Source: Perkinsus olseni
Taxonomy: Eukaryota
Direction of reading: 5' to 3'
DNA length: 64,000 bases
NCBI GenBank assembly: GCA_013115125.1
Contig: JABANN010000096.1
Location: 1 to 64,000 of the forward strand
Of this stretch, positions 37,779 through 50,420 are shown piece after piece. The stretch's first letter is position 1. Each line of letters opens with the position of its first letter. The notes under the pieces are model-generated. The model made no database searches. It saw only the letters and a list, made by a program, of their open reading frames with translations, and had not been told where the DNA came from. The position numbers and the translations under genes were made by a program.

Positions 37779-40700
37779 ATGAGAATCTTCAGCCTCTTCT
37801 GGGCAACTCTGATGGTAGCAATGAAAATTGTGCGTCAACGGCTACCTCGTCATCATTTTAGGTCGCTCAAGTAGCTGTGGAGGCTGACCCGTCGAAGTAA
37901 GTAAAATCCTTGTCACCCGTCTCTGTACGCTACCAACTTGGACAGGGACAGTAGGCAGCTGCCTCCGCAACCACAGCTGCAAGTGTGGCCCGTTCCGAAG
38001 AAAATAGAAGTTTTGTCAGAGGGTGAGTTCATAGGTCATTCACTAGACAATAGTGTCGAAGTATAGTGTAAGTAATGACGTAAACAATCATTCAAGTCAA
38101 ATGGCCGTTAATGATGGAGAGGGGCCACTAGCATGACGCTCGATGATGTCAGTTTAACGGCAGGTGCTCCGCTCCCTTGTGGGTTGCCAGACATTCACTG
38201 AACCCAACAATTCAGAACTTGAGCCAAGATGACTACGGACTGACTTATACCATCTCATCAGTACTGATCGCACAACAACCAACCAGTGTTACCACAGCTG
38301 AAAGGGTGCACGCATTCACACTGAGATTGGGAGATAGACAACAATAAGACACTCCTTCAAGTCAGCACACTATCGTGGAGACTAGAGACACAGAAGGGAA
38401 TCACAACAAGTTTGCGTCACTAGTGAGCGTCAGAACCTGAGCTCAATCAAATGATGGAGAGATTTATGATTTCATGTCCATCACTGGTTTCCAAACACGC
38501 GGCCAAGAATTCGCAACAACAAGGGAGGGGGCAGACAGCCACAAGGCAAATAAAAATACATCAGCAAAGAGGTGCTCGAATCGAGGACCCGTGAAATGTA
38601 TTTTGCCCCACGGTGACACAGCTGGGCTATCACCAGTGATTCGGGGACCAGTCTATAAAAGGACGTTATCACAGACGACCTCGACACCCCATCAATGGTT
38701 TCATGTTTGGCCAGATTCGCCGCCGAGGGACTTTCCCGATCGTTTCCATCTGTCTCTGTCCATTGACGAAGCTTCGTTCAAAGGATCGCCAATCTCGCCG
38801 CCACAGCTGCGCTTCCTGTACCACTACTACGGTCGTCCCACGAGAGGTCGGATTCGCGGTATCGCTCGTCTGGACGGGGAGTATCTTTAGGTCACTCTAG
38901 CCCGTTACATGTTCGGCTAAGCTACACCCCTTTTGGCAAGGAAGGGAGCTATAAGATTCTCTGCGATATTCCGTGGTGTAAGGGTAGAGCGAGTTCTTAC
39001 GAAGGAGCCGTCTATTTGTTTGGGACTATGGTGAGTTCTTGGGCGCCACCGCTATACCAACTTTTCCGTAACTTCAGCAACTTTTTGGATGAGACAGTTA
39101 CAGGAATCACCCTCTTGCCGCTTTTGCGTATTTCAGTATCGTTCAGGGTTGATTCGGCCGTCCTTTCCTAAAAACCTATATGCCCCAATTCTCCGCCTCA
39201 GTACAGAAAGCGGAGTTTGATTGTTCCCTCCTGATTTTGGGTGATCGTGGTTGGGTGTTCGCACGACAGGCTTCGAGCCTATGACCGTTGGGATCCGCCT
39301 TTTTTCGTGGAGGCTATCGAAGGCTTGTCTTCTGATCTCCCTCGCATTCGGTTCACTGCTAGTTATTTCGTCTATGGGCATAGATCGATTCATACTTCGA
39401 GTGCTCTCTTTCTATGGAATCTGTTTCGTATCAGATACAAATTATCGAGGGGTATCCCTATGTCAATCATACGGTCCCTCAGAAGTTCGTCATCGACGAC
39501 TATCCGTCATTCCCCCATAGAGGAATGCTTTTTGATACGGGAAGGCACTATCTCCCTATGGAGATCTTATATAAGAATCTTCAACTCATGTCGTTTAATA
39601 AGGTAAGATTTTTGTTCATGCACTTTTACAAGCGCGAGCTCTGGAAATTACCAAATATCAATTTCGAGTTTGACTTTGATTGGAGCATTTTGTCCGCTTT
39701 GCGAAGGCCTCTTAGCAGTAAGTACACGCTCAAAGTTCTGGTGAGTTCACAAGTACTTAAGTTCAGTAAGTTTAAGTAAGTACACTTTAAGAGACTCCTC
39801 CAGTGCGTGTTCTTTTTGCCTTTCTTTCTTCCACTATCGTCCTGTGTCATGCTTACCTACGCAAACGGCTCCGTTTCGATCGCATCGCCACTTGACGCTT
39901 TCCTCGGGTCAGATGAATGTCCTCCATTGGCACCTCACTGATGACATCGCCTTCTCGTTGGACCTAACCAGGGACCGAAGATACTCTCGTTTGCAAGAGG
40001 GAAATCCTTATCCCTATACGTACCGCCCTCCGACCTACTCTGTGACTGTCACTCTTCAACTTTAGATACTCCAAGCGAGAGATTATCAAGTTTGTCAAGT
40101 TTGCCAACCTGCTCGGCATTAAAGTCATACCGGAGATCGACGTGCCCGCCCACACTCAGAGTTGGATCCGAGGGTGAGCCGGAAGCGGGAGGTTAGGTGC
40201 TCCGCTCATCCCGTTCAACCTTGAGCGGGGCAAGGGCCCGTCCGGGGCGATCGCTATCCCTCCTGTTGGGAACTTCTGGTTTACAATGACCAGGATACTG
40301 GGCTGAGCGATGAGCAAGAAGTGCCCGGCCTTGGCAGCCAAGGCCAACTACCATCTCATCGTGATGCCATCTCAGGTCGCTTCATAGAACTTTGCGTGTA
40401 GCAGCTACTCGAAACCGGGCACTACCTTCCGCCGATTCTCTCATGAAGACGTGCTGGCCACAGGTCACAATGTCCATGCATATCCTTCGATTAACATTGT
40501 CGAACCAAACGTTGTCGATTTTCCGACTTTGGCCTATTTTTCGCAGACACGCACCCCCAAACGATACGTTCGCGACCTCTGTCGCGAGTTCCTTATCGAT
40601 ATTGGTTGACGCTTGATGCTCCGCGGTCAGTTTGCACATGAGCGCGCGCCGAAGCCGAGCTAGGAAATCTTGGCCGAGCTCACCCTAGCAGGGAAGAATG

Positions 40701-43700
40701 CAGTTTCTCTTCCCTGAAAATTTCCGCGGTATCCCCGGTTATTGGAGGAATGATCCATTACTCCCTGATGAACGTTCTCATCGAAGAAGCGCTTCTGTGT
40801 TGCTACGAAACCACAGTGCGACGGTGTTTGTCATAAGGCGGGTTGACGATAGTCGTCACCTATCGTCTGCAGGTACCCGGAACTGCAGGGCCATGCCCTC
40901 TACTGGATGGACCCAACGTCGAGTTATACTAAAGAATTTGTGAAAGGAGTGGTATCAGAAGTCGCTGACATATTTTACGGCGATAGGCGTCGTAGAGAAA
41001 CCTACAATGGTACTTCCTTTTCCCCCTCAGCGCCGTGTGATCAGAATTTAGGTGAACGCGTGGTCCATCTGGGTGGGGATGAGACCTGGGACGCATGGGA
41101 CACTCCGTACCTTCGCAACTGGACTAGAGACCATGGGTAAGGGTATGATCGATTTACTTAGCCGAGTATCACATAGTTTGTCTCTCGCGTACCAGAACTT
41201 GTAAATCTTGATTTTATCGCGCCTAATTTAGCTCTTTAAGATTTCGATCAGTATCTTGTTTTCTGTCAGATGCTACCATAACAAGACGGACCTTGTCGAC
41301 TACTGGCTGACTGAGGTCGTGGCAGATATCGCAGAATCTACTGGTATGACGTCATCATTGCGATTGAGCGTGGGTTAAGACTCCTTACTAGGTTCCAAGA
41401 TTACACTGTGGAATGACTTTCTTAATGACAACGCTGAGGCACTGTGGCCTGTCGATACCTGGCAGATTTGGCTGTACAACCCAGCCGAGACAGTCGAAGT
41501 AGGGACGTCCGGGTCGAGCCCGACCGTTATTGCGCATATTATTGTTACCATCATGAAATAGAAATTATTGTGGTTACGGTCAACTATTCGGATACGAATC
41601 ATCATGTAGTTTTCGATGAGAAATTTGGGACTGTCTGATCGCCGGCAGGAAGTTTCAAGTATTGATGGACCGAATCTCATGTGTGATGACATTGCCTTCT
41701 TCGTCTTCAGTTGGCGGAATCTGGTCGTCTGCCGAAGGGGAGCAGCGTGCTGTTCAGCCAAGCCTTCTATTTGGACGCCCTCCAGATGTGAGCTACCTTC
41801 TTTTTCCGTCGTCTTCTCTTAGCGCCGATCGAAGGTTGAAAAATGAAGGCTGTGGAATATTTGTCTCCGAAGAAGAATTGTCAAAGATTCTCCAGAGAAT
41901 TCTCAAGAATTCTCAGGAGTTACTACCCGTGGATATATCACTCGGATTGCCTTGGAAACTTAAGATATCTTCGAGACTCGTCAGTTGCCTGGCGTTCTAC
42001 TAAGAAAGAATTGCAGACCTTCTCACCACCTTTGTGGACATGAGCCATCCGAGCTCGCTGTGTGTTACGTATTCTGCCTCGAAGAATACAATCGCTTTGG
42101 CAGGACCTGGGCTGACTTTTACAAGGTCCCCTTCCGTGGAGACTGCTATGGTGTGATCAAGGGCGGAGAGGCTTGCATGTGGGGTACGTTACGACACCTT
42201 AGTGGCAATCTAGCGTCTCGAAGCACCCTTGAATGCCACTGTGGCAAGGGTGCTTCGAGACGCTATAATGAACGAAGATAAGAGGTTGACGCCGATCATC
42301 ATTTGCTTGGCATCTTAGCTTGATCTGATATGACACTTAATCCAAGCGGACGGATTGGCGCAAAATCATGAGTCCTACTTGAGAAACGACAGTTCTGCAA
42401 GAGCATGGGATAGCATGGGATCTCACGTTATCGATCGCTTCAAGTTATATGCTTTGAAAGGATAATTCGACCCTGCACTACTTCGCTTCGCACTCTCCCG
42501 CGCTCGTTTCTGGTCGGAGTCGCTGTTGGTTCTAAAGATACTTAGACCGATGGATCCATTGGGTTGGTTCATCCAACTTGGATGGATATCATCGACCCGT
42601 GTGGAATCTTGCGGTGCTTGTGCGCTTTGACTCCGGCGTTGGTAGTACCGGCTTAGCCAGACTTTGACCTTAGATGCGCTCGGTTCTTCTGGGCTCTACG
42701 CGCAATTGATTCTCTGATGGTTTGTCAGAAGTCATTCCTTGGCGTTTTTTCGGCATCTGTCGGTGACTCAGCCGTGCTCACGCCTTGTAGGTGAATTTGT
42801 GGACGCTAGCAACTTCATGTCGAGAGTATGGCCCCGTGCAAGTGCAATAGCCGAGAGGCTTTGGTGTGATGATCAATCGATCTGCCCACTCAACGAGAGC
42901 TGGGCTGTTCGAAGGCTGTCGAGGTGAGCTAGTGTACGTTTGGGTGCGCGTACTTTTCTACGAGTCAAGGAAGGTTTCTAGGAAAGACTCTCGGCACTCT
43001 CAGGCGGCAGCACACTTTTATTTCGGCAAACGCACCGAGCTTTGGCGGGGGTTGAGGAAAGGTTTAGAAGCGGAAAGTCTGAGCCGGCACTGCTGGCCCA
43101 GCAGGGATGTTCCAGCTTTGATGGAGAAACACAACGCGAAACATCGCCAGAAAGTTAGAGCGTACTCGCGAAGTCGTACGGCTCGTAATTCAAATTATCG
43201 TCCAATCTTTCTATCGATAAATTTGTTGATGGAGAAGTGTAAAGGCGTACTGAGTAATCCTGTATCATCGGAACTGCCCATTATATAACAGTGCTCCAAA
43301 TAATGTCAGAATACTTCCAAAAAGAGAGATATCTCTGTAACAATCACGAATCAGAACCTGTCTCTTGGATATGTCGTGTATAATTCGGATTGTGGTTCTG
43401 ATTCGGGTTTCTGTAGCAGCATTCGAGTGTTGGGCTAGTAGTCCTACCAACACGCCTGTTGTACCGTTGTGGACTACAGCTCGTAGTCGATCTATGCTGG
43501 GGTCTCCCAGTCTTTCTGGTGTGATATGTATGGTCAGATTCCGCTGCTTCATGTCGAGCTACGTCTTGAGGCATTCGGGTCCTGAGGAGACCTCTCCGCT
43601 GGGTTGGTTTCAGGACATCAGTGCCCCGGCGAGGTTCTATTCGTAAGGACGCTGAGCTGCGGTTGTTGTGGATGGAGTGGTATGGGAAATTTTGCAGGTT

Positions 43701-43883
43701 CAATTTGATCAAAGATCAGTGGTGGTGTCCCGAATGGAGCTCGAACCCGAACTCTGAGCACGAGGGAGAATACTATGGTGGGCGAGAGCATCGTTCCTTG
43801 AATCTCACCCTATGTGATAATATGATACATGCTTGGATGTTTTAGCTAGCAACGCTCCTCAGCTCCGCTCCGAGCTAGAATGA
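37779..43883 (+). CDS. GH20 beta-N-acetylhexosaminidase paralog B, catalytic residues intact
   Basis: Signal peptide MRIFSLFWATLM|VAQVAVEA. Motifs LQVWPVP, IDDYPSFPHRGMLFDTGRHY, MNVLHWHLTDD, VIPEIDVPAHTQSW, VVHLGGDE (41066-41083), WQIW, FYLD, GGEACMWG|E, RVWPRASAIAERLW, DQWWCPEW. Confidence 0.95.
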
Positions 43884-45325
43884 GTTTATTCCATTTGCGC
43901 GCATCTTCCTCTCTGCCGTTGAGCGTGTCGAAACTCAGAGCTAGATCCCTCGCTTCCTTTGTGTTGAGCAATCTCCATCCAGAGAGGACACAAATCGGTC
44001 TCTATCGCCCTTGAAGTGAATGAGAGTCGGCTGAGAGAACCATTTACACTTTTTCAGAGGACGTCTTCGCTGTCGGGCCCGAGCTTTGATGGGGAGCTCA
44101 TCAAGACCAACTCATTATTGTCATTGTCTAACAGAAGATAGACTCCAGGTTGGAATCCTCGGCAGCTCACGCCGTAGATTCCTTCATTTTTATGAACTTC
44201 TTTGTCGAGTCGTGGTTAGTTCGTCATCAATACATTCCGCTGAGTCCGGGACTTCCGGACCGGGAGGGCGGGCAGGCGTCGTCGCCCTCCTGGGGATGGA
44301 GTTATGAATTTTCATATTATTCGGTAAGTATGAGGAAGCGGTTTAATTTGTTGTTTCGTGCGTAAGCTCATCACTAAGAATAATCCTCTTTGAGAAATCC
44401 GGCGTTGGACGTACGGAAAAGATTTTCATGCCAACTGTTCGCGTTGAGACCAGTCAATTCGCATTTGTGGGAAGGCCAAAGGTGAATTTTCATCGAAAGA
44501 ATGTTCCGAGTTCCAAGCAGAACTTTGAAAATTTTTCGAAAGGCTCCTCCAAGGCTAAGCTTCGAGCTTGAACCTCGCACCCCAAGGCTCGAGGCTCGGC
44601 TCGGGCTGCCGCCTGAAGCGGAAGGGGCAATAAGGCAATTAATTCCAAGGGGGGGCCATTAATTCGCCCCTTTGAGAGGGCCGAGGGGACCCGACGTCAC
44701 AGACTAATACCAGAGTAAAATGCCACTGGACAGAACTATCGGATAGTTCTGTCCAGTGGATCCACCCAGCGGATCCTCCCATTAGGATCCGTCCATTACC
44801 GCCCAGCGGACGGCCAACGAAGTATGTCCCGCGGCGACTGCAGTATGCTGCATATTGTATGCAGTGTGGTGAACCCATGACTATGGGCCATAGCATCTAA
44901 CTAGCATGAAGGGTCATGTGACATGACTCATGTCGTAGGCGTGCAACTCCACATACTCAATCGCGGAGTGCTGATGTTGGCAAATTGTGTTCCCGAAATT
45001 CATTTTCTGCAAGTCCCAAGTTGGGAGTCCCAACCGGCGGGAATGCAACACAAAATTGAGCTTGTAGATGAAACAGGTAAACCCGAATCAATAGTCGATG
45101 TACGCCGAAACTGTGCCAAACCTATAGCACGGACAAGGCAAAAAGGTTAATGATCGTACAAGCTTGAATCGTGAAGATTCTTTATTGATCTGAAGATTAA
45201 TCTTGAAAGAAGATTAGCATGGTAATTATCGAGAAAAATGGTCGGGTCTACTTATTTAGCTCAAGAGTGAACCATCAAGGCATCAACTTGCGATGCGCGT
45301 CTTCGTGCCCCTATGACACTGCTTT

Positions 45326-46393
45326 TCATACGGATAAAAGAACGCGGCCGTTGGGGGCGCCGTTGCCTCCATTACCACCGGCACCTCCGTTGTCATTGCC
45401 CCCGCTGCCGCCTGGACCGCCATTGCCGCCATTATTATCGGCACCGTTGCCGCCAGAACCACCGTTGCCGCCAGGGCCGTCTGGGCCAGAGCTGCCGCCT
45501 CTGCCGCCTTGGCCGCCGCTGCCGTCATTATCGCTGCCACCGCGGCCGCCGGCACCGCCGTCCCCGCCAGCATTGCCGCCGCCACCATTACCACCATTAC
45601 CGCCATTTCCACCGTTGCCGCCAGGACCGAGAGGGCCGCCATTACCGCCGTTGCCACCGGCACCACCATTACCGCCCTGAAGGAGGCGACCATTAGGAGC
45701 ACCGTTGCCCCCATTACCACCGGTGCCTCCGTTGTTATTGCCCCCGCTGCCGCCTGGACCGCCATTGCCGCCATTATTATCGGCACCGTTGCCGCCAGAA
45801 CCACCGTTGCCGCNNNNNNNNNNNNNNNNNNNNNNNNNNNNNNNNNNNNNNNNNNNNNNNNNNNNNNNNNNNNNNNNNNNNNNNNNNNNNNNNNNNNNNN
45901 NNNNNNNNNCCGCCAGGGCTGTCTGGGCCAGAGCTGCCGCCTCTGCCGCCTTGGCCGCCGCTGCCGCCATTATCGCTGCCACCGCGGCCGCCAGCACCGC
46001 CGTCCCCGCCAGCATTGCCGCCGCCACCATTACCACCATTACCGCCATTTCCACCGTTGCCGCCAGGACCGAGAGGGCCGCCATTACCGCCATTGCCACC
46101 GGCACCACCATTACCGCCCTGAAGGAGGCGAAGAGCATTGCTTGACAAATAGCGACCGGTGAAGTGATCTAAAGCACTGATGGCGTAGTCATCATGAAAC
46201 TGTTTCATTGAATTGAATTGAATTGTTTCACAAGGATGCGCTACCTGTTTCATTGAAACAGGTAGCGCATCCTTGTGTCGGCATCCTGGGCAACCGGGAA
46301 GCTGAACTTTTCAACAGCGTCTTGAGGGCCATCGTCTTGAATGGCAACGACAAGAGAGATGATGAGCAGAGCAGCTACGACAGGAGGGGTCAT
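45326..46393 (-). CDS. Secreted Gly/Asn-rich GGX-repeat protein; frame interrupted by a 59-bp insertion (possible pseudogene) and spanning an assembly gap
   Basis: Signal peptide MTPPVVAALLIISLVVA and at least two 114-aa (342-bp) GGN/GGA/GGP repeat units each starting RLLQ. The insertion at 46195-46253 introduces a stop and a frameshift. Confidence 0.8.
45814..45909. other. Assembly gap (N run) inside the tandem repeat
   Basis: Run of N; the flanks are equivalent positions of the 342-bp unit, so unit number is unresolved. Confidence 1.
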
Positions 46394-48499
46394 GTTCACG
46401 GGAAAAATTGAACCGAACTGAACTGCACTCGTCAGAGCTTCAATATAAAGTAGAGATCCCATCCATTCCTGATTGGAGTTGATGCAAGGCAAATGAGAAT
46501 CGACCTCAGCATGGGTGCCACTGCATATGCCGTTAACGAATGTGTTTCTGCCGTTCGATAAGAATCAGACCCACGCGAACTTAAGGCAAAGAGAACGTGT
46601 AAACCAGAGATTGGCCTGTTTCGAGCTTCATTCAATAAACACGTCACGCTAAATGCGACAAATCACGCTGCGTGACTCACGCACATACACAAGGCGCCAC
46701 GAGTCGCAGCGCCGGAGCGTATTTACGGACCCGGTACGATGCTTTGATGATCAGAAACGATACGAAATGGTCGCACTGAGATGCCCAGAACATTAAGGCA
46801 CGGTAGGACGGCCGCTCTCTGTGCGTGTGAGTGAATATGATGGCATGTACGGGCGTAATATTGGGAGACATCAGAGAGACACGCTATGGGGCATAACTAG
46901 CGGCCTTCCCGTGCTGGATATTTGGCCTCCGCTCTTCTTGGTCTGAGGCTTGTATCGTCTCTTCTTGTGCTTAGTAGAGCTTCAGAGACTTCACTACGAT
47001 CCAAATGTAAGTCCACGTGACCGCAAGCTAGAGCAGTGATCGTAGACCAATGCACTGACCGAGAGAGCAAGGGGGCTGTCCCTGGGACATGTCCCTCGCC
47101 TTGCTCCGTCACTGTTTGTCAGAATGTAAAATAACGGGGAGACGATGAAGCGATTCACCGCTGAGAACTCAATACGCGAGACCAATAGATTGGGAGTAGG
47201 AACTCGGAGATGATCTCGGTGGTGGCTCTGTCGCATTGATTATTACAGTTGTACTTTGTACAGCAGTAACAGCACGCATGCTCAAAAAGCTCCGTCTTCG
47301 AGTTAGCGTCACGCTCGAAGAGGTTTCGTAACTTCTCACCAATTATTATTCACACTTTCTCCTTTTTTTCAAGTTGCAATACCTCGCTCCTGATAACTCG
47401 CATGCACTTCAGCGACGGCTAGTCTGCGTTGCGTCAACTCGCGGTGTGGGGGGTCCTTGATTGAGGCCGGCGCGGAGAGATCTGTATTGTATCGTTCAAT
47501 GGCTAGTTGCGACTCGCTGCAAGTCTTGGAGACTTACTAAGTCTGACTTGGTCTCCAGACTTATGCCATTCCAAGGTTCGGAAGATCTTTTGACGCTTCC
47601 GAAACCGTGGTGTAACTCTATCATTTTGCCAGTGACGTGGCGACAATGACATCTCGTGTTAGCGGCTGCAGACGGGCTATGTAATGGTGAACGTCGATGC
47701 TCAGCAATTGGTAGCTGGATGAAGGTGTACGAGTATTCGAAACATGAGTCCAAAATGTACGAGTATTCGATGTACGAGTCGTGAACATTTCGTAGCATAT
47801 GGCTGCGGTTAATACTCGACAATATCCTACCCAATACCTCCAATCTCGCAAAACCCGAGCGACCGCTGGCGAGCCTCCCCTCAGGGGAGGCCTTTTTGGT
47901 CAGGTGCCTTGGATTTTGTACTTTGCCCTGACGCGGCCAGCCGCTGGCTTCACTGACGGACTGTCAGTGACGGTATGTGACTCGGCCCGATCGCAGGTTT
48001 CCGCCGGCCGTCGGTGTTTGCAATTACCGTAAGCCCACACGGCGTCTGAATTTGGCGTGGTCCGAGCCTTGAGCAGCGAGGTTCGAACGGTGACGCTATG
48101 GCGTACCAAAGACCGTGACGCAGCACGGTGCACCAAAAACCAAAATGCCCCAAGAAAAAAACCGATTGTAGATATCTATGTGTAGGACTCACATACGAAT
48201 TTTCAGGGCCATATTCGCATGCTGTGGCTCACACTATTCGTCGACAGCTTAACCTGTGATTTTGATACTTCAGTGGTATTTGCACAGGGCAGACGGTTTA
48301 CATTGACCTCGTGGCCCCTATAATGGCTCAAATCTAATGATCAAAAACAGGACTATCTAGAAGGGAGCAATGGCTCTTTAATGGCGGGGTTCGCCCTCGC
48401 TCATTGATCTTGAGTAGCTTCTGCTGGGGTCATTCGGTTAGTATCTTTTCTGTGGGACGAGCGGGGAAAAGGTTGACATGTAGCTTCTGACCAGCAGTT

Positions 48500-48910
48500 G
48501 AAGCCTCTGGTCTCCGAGATAGGACAAGGCGCGACACCCTACTGGCGTCAGTACGGAAGAGATGACGTCACGACAACGGCAAGTGCACTATCTCGCTGCA
48601 GTAGGTGTAGTTGTAGAACACTACACAAGTAGATTGGGCTCATAGTGAACGACATAGAGCAGATAGAAAGTTGGAGTAGTTGAGAGAATCGAGTGATAAT
48701 GCGAAGCTAGTATGAGCACAGCTCCATTCTGTTATGTAGACAGTGCACAGGGGTAACGCGAACTCAAACTTTTCCCAGGTCGAAAACTCGGACGGCCGAC
48801 GATCGTCTGCTGGACTCGCTGTCAAGCATTTGACGGCTCGAGCATGGTGCTCTGGCACTAGCCTGCTAGCTTGGGAGGCACAACTGGGACACGGGGTGTC
48901 CTCGTGTGCG
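48500..48910 (+). repeat. Diverged dispersed repeat (homologous to ~60700-61020) carrying nested copy 3 of the 155-bp repeat
   Basis: Shared blocks CCTCTGGTCTCCGAGAT..G.CAAGGCGCG, GGGTAACGCGAA, TCAAGCA, TGCTAGC, GGGACAC..GGTGTCC in the same order. 48597-48749 is absent from the 60700 copy. Confidence 0.7.
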
Positions 48911-49067
48911 TGCTATGTACATATCATTGCCTGCGCCCACACCCAGATGGACTACTCGTTTATCCGCTGGGAAGTTCATGCACGGGACTCGGACCGCATA
49001 GTGCAATATAGTAACAACTTACTGCTCAGTAACTTGTTTTGCAGTAGTGACCTCCATTTGAATAGTC

Positions 49068-50135
49068 ATGAACATCCCTGCCTCTCTCTTCTCTATCGGG
49101 GTGCTTCTTGCGACCTCCTGTGGTGGTGAGGTGATCAGGATAAAGATATCCACACAGCAGACTAAACCCTGGGCGCCTCGGAGACGTATCGTCACTCCTT
49201 TGAAGGCCGACACTCAAGACCTTTACGCCGTTATTGATACTGGAAGTCCTTACACTCATTTGGTATGGAAATCATGGTACGAAAGTTTCCCGCAGAACAA
49301 GTGCGATGACTTTTTTTACAAGTGCTACGACTGCAACCCATCGCCGGTCGAGCTGCACGCCGCCAAGAAGATCACTTTTGTTGACAAAACTTCGCTCACC
49401 ATATTCCCACACGCTGGGGACTTCTACTTCAACGGTGTGACTGTCGAGGACATAGACTTCGGAGTGGTGATGGATGCCTCACACGGCGCCTGGGCAGCTC
49501 TCGGCCTCGGACCACAGGACACCAGCCCGCCGTTTCCGCGCTTCGTTGATCAGCTGGTCGATGCGGAACTCATCGACACTCCTGTTTTTGCGGTTAATTT
49601 ATCGTCCGGGGACTCCCCATCAGGCGAGCTTATCATTGGTGGTGACGATCCTAGTAAATATGAGGGTCCTCTGGGGTACATGGATGTTGTCGACATACAG
49701 CTTCATACCAACAAACTTGAAGCTTTCGCCATCGGAAGCAAGACGCAAAAAGAGGCTGAGCCAGTTGTCTTTGACACAGGCTCCTCTTTTATAAGCATCC
49801 CCAGGCGGCTCCGTTCACAAGTCTTAGAGCTTCTCAGCACCGCCGGCACGAAGAAGGTGGAGGTTTTTGAACAGGGTGATGTCTACGGCGTCGACTGCAA
49901 AGATGTCGACTACTTGCCGGTTATGAGTTTCACTGTGAAAGGGATGCCCGGCAAAGCTGATGTTACGATTGCGATACCTCCTAAAGCATGCATCGTTACG
50001 CCCGAGCCTGACGTATGTATCTTGTACCTTGATTTCGGTGACAGGTTGATTTTGGGATTACCAGCATTTGTCGGTCACTACTACTCCTTCGACTGGGTTG
50101 GAGCTCGTGTAGGTGTCGCCAAGGCGAAGGAATGA
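49068..50135 (+). CDS. Pepsin-family (A1) aspartic protease, secreted, intronless
   Basis: 355-aa ORF with signal peptide, two catalytic motifs VIDTGS and VFDTGS, ALGLG, GELIIGGDDPSKYEG, ILG...F...YYSFD...RVGVA. Confidence 0.97.
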   Translation: MNIPASLFSIGVLLATSCGGEVIRIKISTQQTKPWAPRRRIVTPLKADTQDLYAVIDTGSPYTHLVWKSWYESFPQNKCDDFFYKCYDCNPSPVELHAAKKITFVDKTSLTIFPHAGDFYFNGVTVEDIDFGVVMDASHGAWAALGLGPQDTSPPFPRFVDQLVDAELIDTPVFAVNLSSGDSPSGELIIGGDDPSKYEGPLGYMDVVDIQLHTNKLEAFAIGSKTQKEAEPVVFDTGSSFISIPRRLRSQVLELLSTAGTKKVEVFEQGDVYGVDCKDVDYLPVMSFTVKGMPGKADVTIAIPPKACIVTPEPDVCILYLDFGDRLILGLPAFVGHYYSFDWVGARVGVAKAKE

Positions 50136-50223
50136 TTGACGGCTTGAGTGAGGGTCTAGAACTCCCCGGTCACCGGAATACTATATGTCTTTTCTTCTGT
50201 TATGTTTCGAGATCTCCTACTAA

Positions 50224-50420
50224 GCGCTTGGCGTGCTGCTCCTACTTCTGGGACTCACGTTCCCCTTGGGGGATCGAACTCTGCTTCTAGTTGTTTTTTC
50301 ACCTCTACCGTGGACAATGCTTTTGTAAATGACCCAGTTTCCTCAAGCGTCACCTTATGATTGAGGACCACGACGACGCTTTGGGGTCAAGACCGCTCCT
50401 TCAGGAAGCTGATCGTGCTT
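50224..50420 (+). repeat. ~200-bp diverged direct repeat (second copy ~51383-51560)
   Basis: Shared TTGGCGTGCTGCT, ACTCACG, CCTTGGGG, AACTCTGCTTC, GGAAGCTG..CGTGCTTG. Confidence 0.7.

Noticed and set aside
45326-46140. Mycobacterial PE_PGRS contamination or horizontal transfer
   Set aside because: No PE domain, a eukaryote-type signal peptide, and flanks resembling the rest of the window. The similarity is compositional.
45219-46162. Pro-rich, Ala-rich and Arg/His/Cys-rich ORFs overlapping the Gly-rich repeat
   Set aside because: Shadow frames of a GC-rich triplet repeat. Only the Gly frame links to a signal peptide.
48950-49067. Relic spliced-leader sequence upstream of intronless genes
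   Set aside because: No match to the Perkinsus/dinoflagellate SL (CCGTAGCCAT.TTGGCTCAAG) seen upstream of the protease or nuclease.
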